A stretch of 61,262 nucleotides of DNA, the filler included, from Porpidia crustulata (Eukaryota): assembly GCA_964255105.1 (NCBI GenBank). It is 11 parts of 11 records of this genome, joined end to end, with 100 filler letters (N's around TTAATTAATTAA, not from the genome) between each part and the next. Parts side by side here need not be neighbours in the genome. Positions count along the whole stretch, not along the records: positions 33,506 to 38,981 come from CAXUWE010001798.1; positions 39,082 to 44,556 come from CAXUWE010001799.1; positions 44,657 to 50,128 come from CAXUWE010001800.1; positions 50,229 to 55,696 come from CAXUWE010001801.1; 7 more parts are not named here. One strand, 5' to 3'. The position numbers were made by a program, and so were the translations under genes. Of this stretch, positions 38,626-50,765 are shown in pieces. The notes below the pieces were generated by a model, which was not told where the DNA came from, ran no database searches, and saw nothing but the letters and a program-made list of their open reading frames with translations. Every line of letters begins with the position of its first letter. Position 1 is the first letter of the stretch.

Positions 38626-38981
38626 ATGTCTACCCAGTATCTAATCCGAACTCGCCTTACTATCCTCTTCTTCACTCTCCACTCGCTGGCCGTCGCCGGT
38701 CCCAACTCGGTCAACGCGCACTTCTGAATCGTTCTGCGAGACCGAGCTCGATCCGACTATATCAACACTGACGACGGTATCCAGGAAAATAACTTTCAAA
38801 AGCTTCAAAGCAACGTTCTCATCGTCACGGTCCTCACGGCCATCGCCACCACTGCCTTTATCATTTACGGAGCTGTGATTGTAGCTTATTTGAGGTGGGT
38901 TTGAGAGCACGATGTGACCTTGGACACATACGCAGTCGCTCAGATCATCCTGGCCTTCGGCATGATTGGTCTAAAGGGGGG
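38626..38981 (+). pseudogene. Multi-pass membrane protein gene (MARVEL-like topology) with two in-frame TGA stops; cut by contig break
   Basis: MSTQYLIRTRLTILFFTLHSLAVAG...AHF*IVLRDR...NVLIVTVLTAIATTAFIIYGAVIVAYLRWV*EHDVTLDTYAVAQIILAFGMIGL; three hydrophobic segments in one frame. Confidence 0.55.
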
Positions 38982-39081
38982 NNNNNNNNNNNNNNNNNNN
39001 NNNNNNNNNNNNNNNNNNNNNNNNNTTAATTAATTAANNNNNNNNNNNNNNNNNNNNNNNNNNNNNNNNNNNNNNNNNNNN
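38982..39081. other. Artificial contig linker
   Basis: N44-TTAATTAATTAA-N44. Confidence 0.98.
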
Positions 39082-39104
39082 AGGGGGGAGGGAGAGGTAC
39101 TGAC

Positions 39105-41596
39105 GTTCTTCGCACAAGGGGCCTTCGCGGGTGCCCCAGCTGAAACCTTGGCAGATGGTGTCGCGGACGCTGGTGAGGAGTTTCTTGTCGACTTGGGATG
39201 GGAGGGTGTCGTTTTGGAGGATGTTGGGACCCATTTCCTCGGGACCAAAAGCCCAGATGTTGCGGGAGGCGAGTTTATCCCATCCGTAATTCTCTTCGAA
39301 GAACGTGCCTACCTTGCGGACAGGGTCCTTGATATTGACTTTGCCGCTTTCTATATCTTCCGCGATGCCGTCGTCGAGAGGTTCCGCGACCATGGTGATT
39401 TTGTTCTTTTTGTTGGGGGTGATGGCGTAGCACATGATTGCGGATGTTTCCACTACGGTCTCGCAGAAGCGGGTGACGGGGTCGGACACTTTGAGTTCCA
39501 TTTCCGAATAGAGTCTACGGAGGTCGTGGAGGACGCAGTCCATGTATAGTTCACCGGTTCCAAGGATAACGTGTTCGCCCGATTCTTCGACTTTGGTCGT
39601 GATCAGAGGATAGCTTTTGTTGACCTTTCGTAACCCATCCAACATTTTAGGCAGTTCCGAGGGATTGATAGGCTCCACGGCGACTTTGAACACGGATTCG
39701 GTAAAGTGCTTGATGGGCTTGAAGATATAGGCATCCTCATCGTCTTCGAAGCGTGGTGGTACTAGCGTTGCAGTTTTTACAATAGAATTATCAATGCCGC
39801 TCAGTAGTACCCAATTTCCTGCAGGAACGCCACTAGTGGGAATATTATATCTCGATTCAGCGATCCACGTCTCGGATATGGTCGAGATTGCCATGTCCTC
39901 TTCGTCGTCGATTGTGTACCCTTCACCCAATACTCTGACTTGTTCTCCTGCCTTTGTAACACCACTCATGACACGTCCAAACGAATAGAATCCCAAGGCA
40001 TCAGGGGTATTGAATAATTTGGTGATCTGGACAACGAGAGGGCCGTCTTGATCGCATTTCCCAATCGAAGACGCAACCTTTGTGTCCATAGGACCGGTAT
40101 AATAACGACTGAGCTTCTTCGGTGCCCCTTCAAGTGGTGATGGTATATGTTCGACTACCATATCGACAAATCCTTCGGCTCCACCAAAAAACTGTTCGCA
40201 GACCACTTTGAGCAGCTCTCTAGCATCTGTTTTATACTGTGACGGCTTCAAATAAATGCCTAAAGTCGCTAGCGTTTCTTGCAAGTCCTCGGGGCTCTCG
40301 CTGATTGTATGTGAATACAACTTGTAGATAGGTTCGAGTATGAAATTGACAAAGGTTCGCTTTGATCGCTCCTCCGTACCCTTTCGAGTAAATGATCTTC
40401 GTTTGGGGTTGAAAAATATATCACCCCATAGGCGCACGCTAAAATCTTTTGCGTTGACCTCCGGATAGCTATCTGCGTACATTTTGGCAAAGGACTGCAA
40501 TGTGAAGCACCAGCCCATATTGCTACTTGCAAAAGCAACGTTGCCCTTTTCAGGACTTAATCTTCTTCGTTCTCCCTGCCCTGGCAAGGTGTTCTCAATC
40601 ATTGTATTGACCTCCTCGATAACATGTTTGAGTTTAAAGTACGCATCGGTTGGCGGGAGCTTCAGTTCGAGGACCAATCGATCCATTTTGTTGATGATCA
40701 AAGTAAGCGGTAGATCCTCCAGGACAGCGTATTTAATTATTTGTTCCGTATTAATCTGAACTCCTTCCACTACGTCGACTACCAAAACAACTCCATCCAC
40801 CAAACGCAAGGACGCAGCCACTTCATCCACGAAGTTGACGTGACCGGGGGTATCTAAGATATTAAACAGATGTGATTTGCCGCGGGTGCTCTGAAGCACT
40901 AGACTCATAGGTGCAGCCTTGATCGATATGCCTCTTGCGCGCTCCAGAATATGAACATCGGTATACCTCAATTGCTCATCCTTCTTCCTGGCAGTAAGGT
41001 TCTTCGATCTGTCTTTGATATCGTGGGTCTGCATTACTAACATATCCATCAACGCCGTTTTGCCATGATGCAAATGACCAGCAAATGCTATATTTCTGAT
41101 TTGTTCGGGAAAGTTCATAAGATCTGTCATAAAATCGCGCGAAAAGTGCACAGGTGGTAAATCCGCTTCTTGAACTACAAATTTCTTCTTTTGTACTGGC
41201 GCAATAATTGGTTGGGTAAGAGGCTGAGCATCTTCTTCTTCGACGAGGGTCTCGACACCCGCGCCATAGACTTGCTGTGCAGGAGGATAGTATTGTTTAT
41301 CTTCGTGCAAGACAACTGCATTGGAAGGCCCTTCATCTGGATGTAGGAGTCAGCTCGAGCAGCTTGTATGCACAGCTGAGGCTGACCATCAACTTCCATC
41401 AGTGCCTGATTATTGGGTACTGTATCCTGCTCCACGTCCTCCTCATCGAGGTAAGCGTCATGACCATTTGCGCCATGCAATGACTCTTCCTCAGATTCTT
41501 CCGCCTCCCCGATGTAATTCCCAAATCTATCAGAAGTTAGAACAGAGACCTGCTGATTCAAGTTGGATAAGCTTACTCATCGTAAAGGTCATCCAT
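39105..41596 (-). CDS. SNU114: U5 snRNP EF2-like GTPase Snu114/EFTUD2; 3' end cut by contig break
   Basis: Starts MDDLYDE/FGNYIG (two 5' introns); LHEDKQYYP, GHLHHGKT, DTPGHVNF, NKMD, GTGELYMDCVLHDLR, GFSWGTREGPLCEE. Confidence 0.97.
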
Positions 41597-42377
41597 TTTG
41601 TACAGCTCGAGGCGACATTTATGTCGATTTATGGGTACCACCTCGCCCAATTTTCAATTAAGGTTTTGAGCCTCATCATTAGCGAAACCTTAATATTGTA
41701 CACATACACACACACTACTCGTTTCCACCCCTTATCGGACCATTCCACCTGGGGTTAGGGGTGTATTTACTGGTTTTGATCGAGGTGGTCCGATGAGGGA
41801 TGGAAACGAGCTCTCTGATTATGGATTCAGCAACATTCTGGAATGCTACCTCACTCGGCTTCTGCGCCTACAACGTTGCGTTTGCAGTCTGGAAATAAAA
41901 ATCTTCTACCCTGTTTGAGTGTGACGGTTTCCTCCGGTTAGGATTGCGACTCGGAATATTTCCGCAGACCAACTCAAGCTCCGGCCGCTAAAGATTTGCT
42001 TACATTACTCTACCTTGTGCTTATCCAGCTCTCGCCCGGGTTTCGGGGTCGAATCCCGTTTGATGTACAGTAGAGTTCTCAATAGTTTAAGATAATAAGT
42101 CTTCAGTCTTGGCCGTGAAAACTTCTCTGTGTTCAATCAAGACTAGCTGAGTGAATGCTTCACATGTGGGTTGATAGGAAGTCGTTTTAACTCCTCCTAC
42201 CGTCTTTCAAAGACTTTACTCTAGAAGCTGTCAGAAACTCCGCGACATCCGAGGCATCAACAAGCTTACGTTCAGAGCATACTCACACAGTTTACTTCTC
42301 GTACAGACTCAGCAAACCGAAGAAAACCACTTCCAGCACTTCTGCAAGTTTGGCAAAATTTGCGTGCAACATTCAAT

Positions 42378-43748
<1,371 letters not shown>

Positions 43749-44556
43749 ATGGGGGTTAGGGGGCTAGGATTCCAGGGGCAAGTAACTTACGAAGAACGAA
43801 CGAATGGATGTAGCGCGTATATCTATACCGCTGCAACTTTGACATTATGATTTCATACATACGTATAGATAGACAAAAAAACGAAAAGCAACGAATACAA
43901 TTTCTTTATATCTCTAGACCTACTAGCATTTCCCCGCCAGCTTTTTCGTTCCTATCCAACCGACGTAACGCACGAGTTCTACCGCGTCTGAAGCAAACGA
44001 TATCTCTTCATCGTCAACATTCAGTTTTTAAGTTCTGAAAGCTCGCGGGAAGAAAGAAATCTCTTGATGACTGACTTTTTCTTTTTGATTGGATTGGATT
44101 AAGGATGTTTAGATTTATATTTGCATTCACTCTATTTAAACTTTAATATCTTTCATTATTTATAAGTTCTCTATATCTTAGATAAATATGAGTTTTTCTA
44201 ACTAGATAAGTTTCTTTTCACTGGTTTGGTTTGGCGAATAAGGTAGCTAAGGTATGTGAGATGGTGCTGGGTCAGGGTTTTTTCACGTCAGACAAATCCA
44301 CCGCGTCTGAAGCAAAGGTATGCATGTATTTCTTTTCCGTCAAATCTCAAATTTAGATCCAATTTCATTGAAATGCAATGGGCTCGCTTTCCCCCTTTTC
44401 AGGCTTTCTATAATTTAGCGGTCTCAATCTTTGTCATTTTTGTCGTGCTTTGTCCCTTGCTTTATATCGCTCTCGCAGCCCTTTCTTGTTTGTTTTTTTG
44501 GTTTCGATTGTTCTTGTGTATCACGATCATCTGAAAGGCTTCCCACGCCCCAGAAC

Positions 44557-44656
44557 NNNNNNNNNNNNNNNNNNNNNNNNNNNNNNNNNNNNNNNNNNNN
44601 TTAATTAATTAANNNNNNNNNNNNNNNNNNNNNNNNNNNNNNNNNNNNNNNNNNNN
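44557..44656. other. Artificial contig linker
   Basis: N44-TTAATTAATTAA-N44. Confidence 0.98.
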
Positions 44657-45307
44657 CTTCCCCCCATTCTCCCCTCCCTTCTGCGGGACACAACAGAAGG
44701 ACATCCTGGTCGCGGGTAGTGGTGGTGGCTGGGGTGCTTAGATATTTGAGAGGGTTCGTGCATGATGGAATTGCAATGGCTTGAATTTTGAGGGTAGATT
44801 GATAGTAGGAGGATGGATTTGGAGAGGAAAGGATTTGGCTGCGCATATGGCCGTGAATTCCAAGGAACGAGAAGCGAGCTGTGGAAGTACGGAATACGAT
44901 TAGGTCAATGACCAGGATTTATGAGATCAAGGGCTAGCTTTACGCTGGTGAAGGAACGGCAGTACCCGGAATATAATTGTACAATCACGAGGTGCTCAGT
45001 TCATCATGTGGTATCATTCAGTAGAATAGCATCTTTATTCTTCTAGCACTACGGACTGTACAATAGGAGTATTAAGTGCACACAGCTTCGCCACCACTAC
45101 CCCATTAATCCCCAACCCCTTGATCAAATTAAAGACCTCTAGGGTATAAACGTAGTGCGTGAAGAGCGTAAGCGACGTAACAGAAGGGAAGAGGGTATCA
45201 ACAATCTAAACCAGCATCCTCGCCACGGCGCAAAAACCCGTTTCAAACCGGTAATACTTTTCCAGGCGCCTGGGTGGGAAATTTTGAAATGCGCGCTTGA
45301 ATTGCCC

Positions 45308-46234
45308 TTACAACAGGGCGAGAGCTGCGGCACCGGCAGCACCGATGAATCCAGCAGCTGCAACAAGACTGGGAGCAGCAGCCTTGGAACTTGACGCTGG
45401 AGCGGCTCCACCACCAGTGCTACTTGGAGACGTAGATCCGCTACCGCTGCTGCTGGAAGCTGTTGCACTAGTGGAAAGGGACTACAGAGATTTGTTAACA
45501 ATTGGTCATAGGATTTTGAGATCAAAGAGATTAAAGCTTACTGTTGATGTAATAGTAGCGCCCGAGCTGTCGGTTGTCGTGATGGGAACTGGGACAGTGC
45601 CGTTGCTTGTGCCGTTTCCACCAGTAGTTGTACCGTTCAAACCACCTGCGCCACCAGCTACGGTTGAATTACTTCCAGCGCCAGTGGTTGAGTTGCTGCC
45701 AGTTGGTATTGCTCCGGCACCGGTGACAGTAGAAGTTGAGTTCGAGGTCGAACCAGTAGCCACAACAACAGTAGCTGTACCGGATGTGGTCGCAGTGACG
45801 GTAGTAGACGAAGTAGTGCCAGATGACGCTGCAGCAAGAGCGTCTGGCAAGCAAAGTCAGCGACATCAGCAAAATAAAGAAAGTGGTGATGAACATACTC
45901 TTGCAGTAATTGGTACCATAAGTGAAGACAGCGTTGGTGTCAGTTCCTGACGGGCAGGCCTCAACCGTGCAGTCGTGGATACCGTTCATAAAGTCCATCT
46001 TGGTACACAAGCAAACGGCGTCAGCAGCACCATTGGGGCAGCCGAGGCTGGGAGCCTTAGCAAGCATGTTTTTGATGCATGTTTGCTGCGAATTGTCAGC
46101 CAACGTTCGATTTGATATAAAGTCGTCAGCAAAGGAATCCTTACGCCGCAGGGAGGAAGGCTACCCAGGTCCGATGCACTCTGCGCCACAGTTGCACCAG
46201 CGAACAGCGCGGCAGCGATCACGAAGGATTTCAT
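45308..46234 (-). CDS. GPI-anchored CFEM-domain cell-surface protein
   Basis: Signal peptide; 8-Cys CFEM pattern LPPCG/QTCI...GCP...DAVCLC...DCTVEACP...YCK; Ser/Thr/Gly stalk; hydrophobic tail LVAAAGFIGAAGAAALALL. Introns 46086..46144, 45844..45898 and 45482..45541. Confidence 0.93.
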
Positions 46235-49200
46235 CTTGACAAGTTTATGATATTGACTTGATATAATTGGTGATGAATAGTCAATGAAGGCAATTGATGC
46301 TGGAATAATTGGACGCGTTGATGGTTAGAGAGGTGAAGGTGATGAAAGTGGGAGAGAGACGGAAGATAAAGAAATTGCTATTTGGGGCAAAATATGGAAC
46401 AGGAGAACAACAACGGGCGGGTGCAACCGACTCAACACCCAAGGAAGGATAGACAGGTAGTTATGATGAGCCTTTGGGGGGAAGAATGGGTCAAATTACG
46501 TTTCGATCTAATTTACGCTAGCGTCAACTATGTTGTGAAGCAATCGCGCTGCCGCCCCCTCGTACCTGCCAATTAAAATGCAGCATTCTGTAAATTACAT
46601 TGAATTACACCCACATTAGCCGATAATTACACAGTAGCACCTGCGCCAACCCTGAAATTGGTGAAAATCAATCGATATGGAGGGAAAACAGGGCAGGCAA
46701 GCTTTTCGGTGCAATTGGATCATAGCCTCAGATTCGGGATAAGCGTATATTGGGTGATTGGATTGCAGGCATCGTTGGTGGTCTAGATGCGCTGTACCTG
46801 GATTAGCCTCTTCAGGGGCAAATTGTTCTTTCGACCGGCCACCTTCGACGCGACATGGACGCGAAACGATCAAAGCTGATCGCTGGGTGGTGGTGAAGGT
46901 GAAAATGAAGGGTGCAGAAGCCAACAATGCGATGATCATAGGTTTCTCCACATTGCGCTGAGACGAAACCTTAACCCCGCAACGTTGAGGATGTTCTACA
47001 GCGGCAGAAGACACCAGACAGCTTTCCAGGAAATTGGAGGATTATCTTGCGTGCCGACCGAGTGATGAGCTTTGGACGTTGGCGAGGCCCAGGATGTCTA
47101 GATCAGCGGGTGGGGTGAAACGTTCTTTATTTGGACCACCGCCAGTGGACCTCCATCACCCCCCCAAGTCCCTCAATCCACCACCAGATTCGATTTCATC
47201 GCTCATCGCTTTTCCTATCGCACTGATGCCGTCATACTCCGTCCGTTATCCGATTCCGATTCCGATTACCTTCAGCCTGACCAGGCATGCTGATTGCCAA
47301 GTCACACTCGAGTTACTCGAATACTCGTAATGAAATTGTACTCTTGAAAACCTGTTAATCTGATTGTCCCTCCCCATATCTTTTTAATCTATATCCAACA
47401 CCTCGACAATTAATTATAGAGTTGATATCATTCCTGCAATCTCCGTGTTACGCCCGCCAGATGCTCTTGCATCGTCATGGGCACGAACGCTGCTCCCTTA
47501 CGGCCGTCCTCGGCCTCTTTTTTAGGGAGGAGGGGGCTAAGTGACAAATACGAGGTGATGCAGAAAACCCTGATAAACACCGATGAATTGGCACTTGGCA
47601 GGCGCGATGGGACGGCAGCGTCGCAACTGTCCGGCCAGTCGGCGAATTCTGGCTATGACACCATAAGAAAGTAGTAGGTTGTGGGTATCTACACATCTTG
47701 CAGAGTCCGCGGTCTCCTGATTAATTGGATATTTTCTCGAATCAACTGCCCTGATACCCTTCGAATACGATGGATACGAGTACCTAATCGTCTTCAATCA
47801 TTGCGATGGGTGCTACCTGCACAACACGAATACTCGAATTTCTTATGAGAGAAGGGTGGCGAAGCTACTATTCCACCACGGAGATCATCCTGTAGCGGAT
47901 AGGAATTGTCAGTCCCTCCGACTTTCCTGCTTTCTCATGTTCTATCCATTGCGCATTGCTGGGACACGAAATCCGTTCATTTCTCCACAGACATGCTTAT
48001 CCGATACTTTGGTCCAGCCGTTTTCATCCAGTCGGAGTCTCCAGAATGCATATCGAATCGATGATTTGCAGTTGATTGCTCGAATCTTGATGAGCCGATC
48101 TGCTTGTTCTCTGGCTTCACGTCTTTGTCAATGCTAGTATATGACTCAGATCTGTTTTGTGCGACTGTGTAATGAACAACACATAGGCAGGCCGATATCG
48201 TACTTACGGTACCCAATTGTTATGCATCATGATGATGTAATTTCATTTCAAGACTTTCACTGCCTCAAAAATATTTGTGTATGAGGCTTATGTTGACATT
48301 TCTACCCTTACTCTGGTAAACGATTATGGCAACTGCCAAAAATCGTATGACATTGTTGTACAGGAAGATTCCGCTGATGCCCAATCTGGCGCTGGACAAT
48401 CTTCAATCTGCAAACAGACACTGTAACGTTCTGTATCCGTCGCAACATTTCGACATCGAAAACAATGATTATGAGTTTGAAATAGCCACATTGCCACTTA
48501 TTTCAAGATGGTCCTTATCGTCTCTCGTTGCAGCTCTTTTCCTAAGATTTCATGATGTCGAGCCAATGGATCATTTTGCACAGCTTGATCGAGCTGAGAA
48601 TGACCCCGATCCTTGGATTGTCTGTAAATACGAGCCAAGCACTGCTGTTTCTGCTTCATGACGGTTTAATAGGATGGCTTTCCGTTGGATCATCAAATTA
48701 CACTCCGGACGCTGAACCTCGGAGGACTTTAGGCACCAGGACTGAAGGTAATAGCGCCCGTAATCACACGTGGATGTTGTTGCTGTCAGGCTATAGACCT
48801 CACCCTGGAGTCACAAAACGTCCACTAAAAAGGCAAAGAGCCACGTGTAGAACAATTGAACATGCACTGCCGGATAAAGTGGATCACGATGACAGGAGCA
48901 ACCGGAGTGCCTTTTTGTTCAACCGATCTTTATTGAGGAACGTACATCCGTCTCGTTAATGTGAGGTCAGCATCCAGACAGTTGTTGATCTCAATCAGAA
49001 GGCGATCTCTGCTCGTTGAATTAAATATGGTTTGCCCACATGATTAGGGCGAATTGAGAGATCAAAAACTATTAGACCTCAGCTCGAAGCCAATGCTTGA
49101 TCGCGATTCTTGAGACAGGGCTTTCAGGGATCATGACAGTTCTGTGGCCTTCATGTTTTATAGTCCAAAGATTTCCAATTAGGAGTCGGAGTCTGGTATC

Positions 49201-50128
49201 TTGACTGTTACTGAGCATTAGTTTCTCTGATTCCGACACGATCCCCAGAATTTGTCAACTTATGAATTGATTAGAGAGCTCTCCAATTTGGAATTTCATT
49301 TTGATTATTCGACTTGAGTCACGAAATGGTGCGATGTCGATGTCATACATCTATCCTCGGAGCCTCTTAACTTAGATGCCTGAGATGCCTTAGCAATCCT
49401 CCACTCGGTGATCAGTAATTAACCAGGAAATCTCTTGACACTTCATCTTGCTGCCTTTTTTCGAAGTTTCTAGGCAAACATTCGCCAGTTCGAGGTCGAT
49501 GACAAGGGTTAAGCGATCATGCAATCCGCGCACTCATCACTGCGGACTCATCACTGCGGATACGGCGTTGCTTTGTACTTCGCGAGCATGTTTCATCAAC
49601 CACGCATGGTGACAGAGGGAAGGATTCCTGAAACTGGCGAGACAGCGATGAGGAAGACGCCCGAAATAGCCTGCTCGTACAGCGGTCGCGGCGTGGAAGC
49701 CTTGCCTACCAAGTCGACAACGCAGAATACGGCCGACACTCTTGGTAGAGAGTAGTTGCAGCGGCGACTCAGCCGCACCGTTAACTCAGTGCCAACTCAA
49801 ATCATCAACTGCGCTATCACCTCACTAAGGCATCTCCTACGTAGTACAGCAATCGTTCAAAGTCGGAGTCAACACCTAAAAGTAATCAATGAATGACCTC
49901 GAATCGCATACCCGGACAGCCCAAGAAAACACAGCCTCAACACCAAGGCACCTAAGGAAGTAATTAATTAACTAAGAAAGTCGCAGGTAGTCAGTCATAC
50001 TCTATCCACGGCCACCCAATCACCCCGCCGAACGTACCTCGGCCACACCACCACCACCGCAGCTGCTCACCCATTCATTCAATGAAAATAAACACCTGCA
50101 TACCACTTATGCTCCTCCCCCCAGCACC

Positions 50129-50228
50129 NNNNNNNNNNNNNNNNNNNNNNNNNNNNNNNNNNNNNNNNNNNNTTAATTAATTAANNNNNNNNNNNNNNNN
50201 NNNNNNNNNNNNNNNNNNNNNNNNNNNN
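50129..50228. other. Artificial contig linker
   Basis: N44-TTAATTAATTAA-N44. Confidence 0.98.
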
Positions 50229-50765
50229 GGGGCTGGGAGGGAGATGTGGACAATATTGCTCTGTCGCGTCCGTAACGACTCGGGCAAGCTTGGCCCCCCT
50301 CGGCCGCACTTTTTTCTATCGCATCTTTTCATCTTTTATCTGGCGTGACAAGACCGTGAGCACTACTTCAGATGATAAACATATTAGAGGTTGTAGGTGA
50401 TCATCACTGCTGAGTCTGATGGCATTTTAGTATTTTTGAAGATGACGCGGTGTTTTAGAGTAGTTTGTTTGTAGTCAAGGTGTGAGAGCGTATTGCGGCT
50501 TAGAGTGATTTGTATGATGGTTGATTTGTTTGTTCTTGTCATTTTTTTCTGCTTTTCGCAACGACAAAAAAACAGTCACTCGACTAAGAAGTGTTTCGAG
50601 AGGTACCAAAGATCCTTGGTATTCCAACAACTCCAAGCTCGCTGAACAAGAAACCCGAATCGTTTTGCAAACAATGTGTGCATTGTATGTTGCAAACAAC
50701 CCCAACCATCATCTTCCTCGTCAATTGGTGGTTTATTGATGAAGCGCTCCCAATATTGAGAAGGG

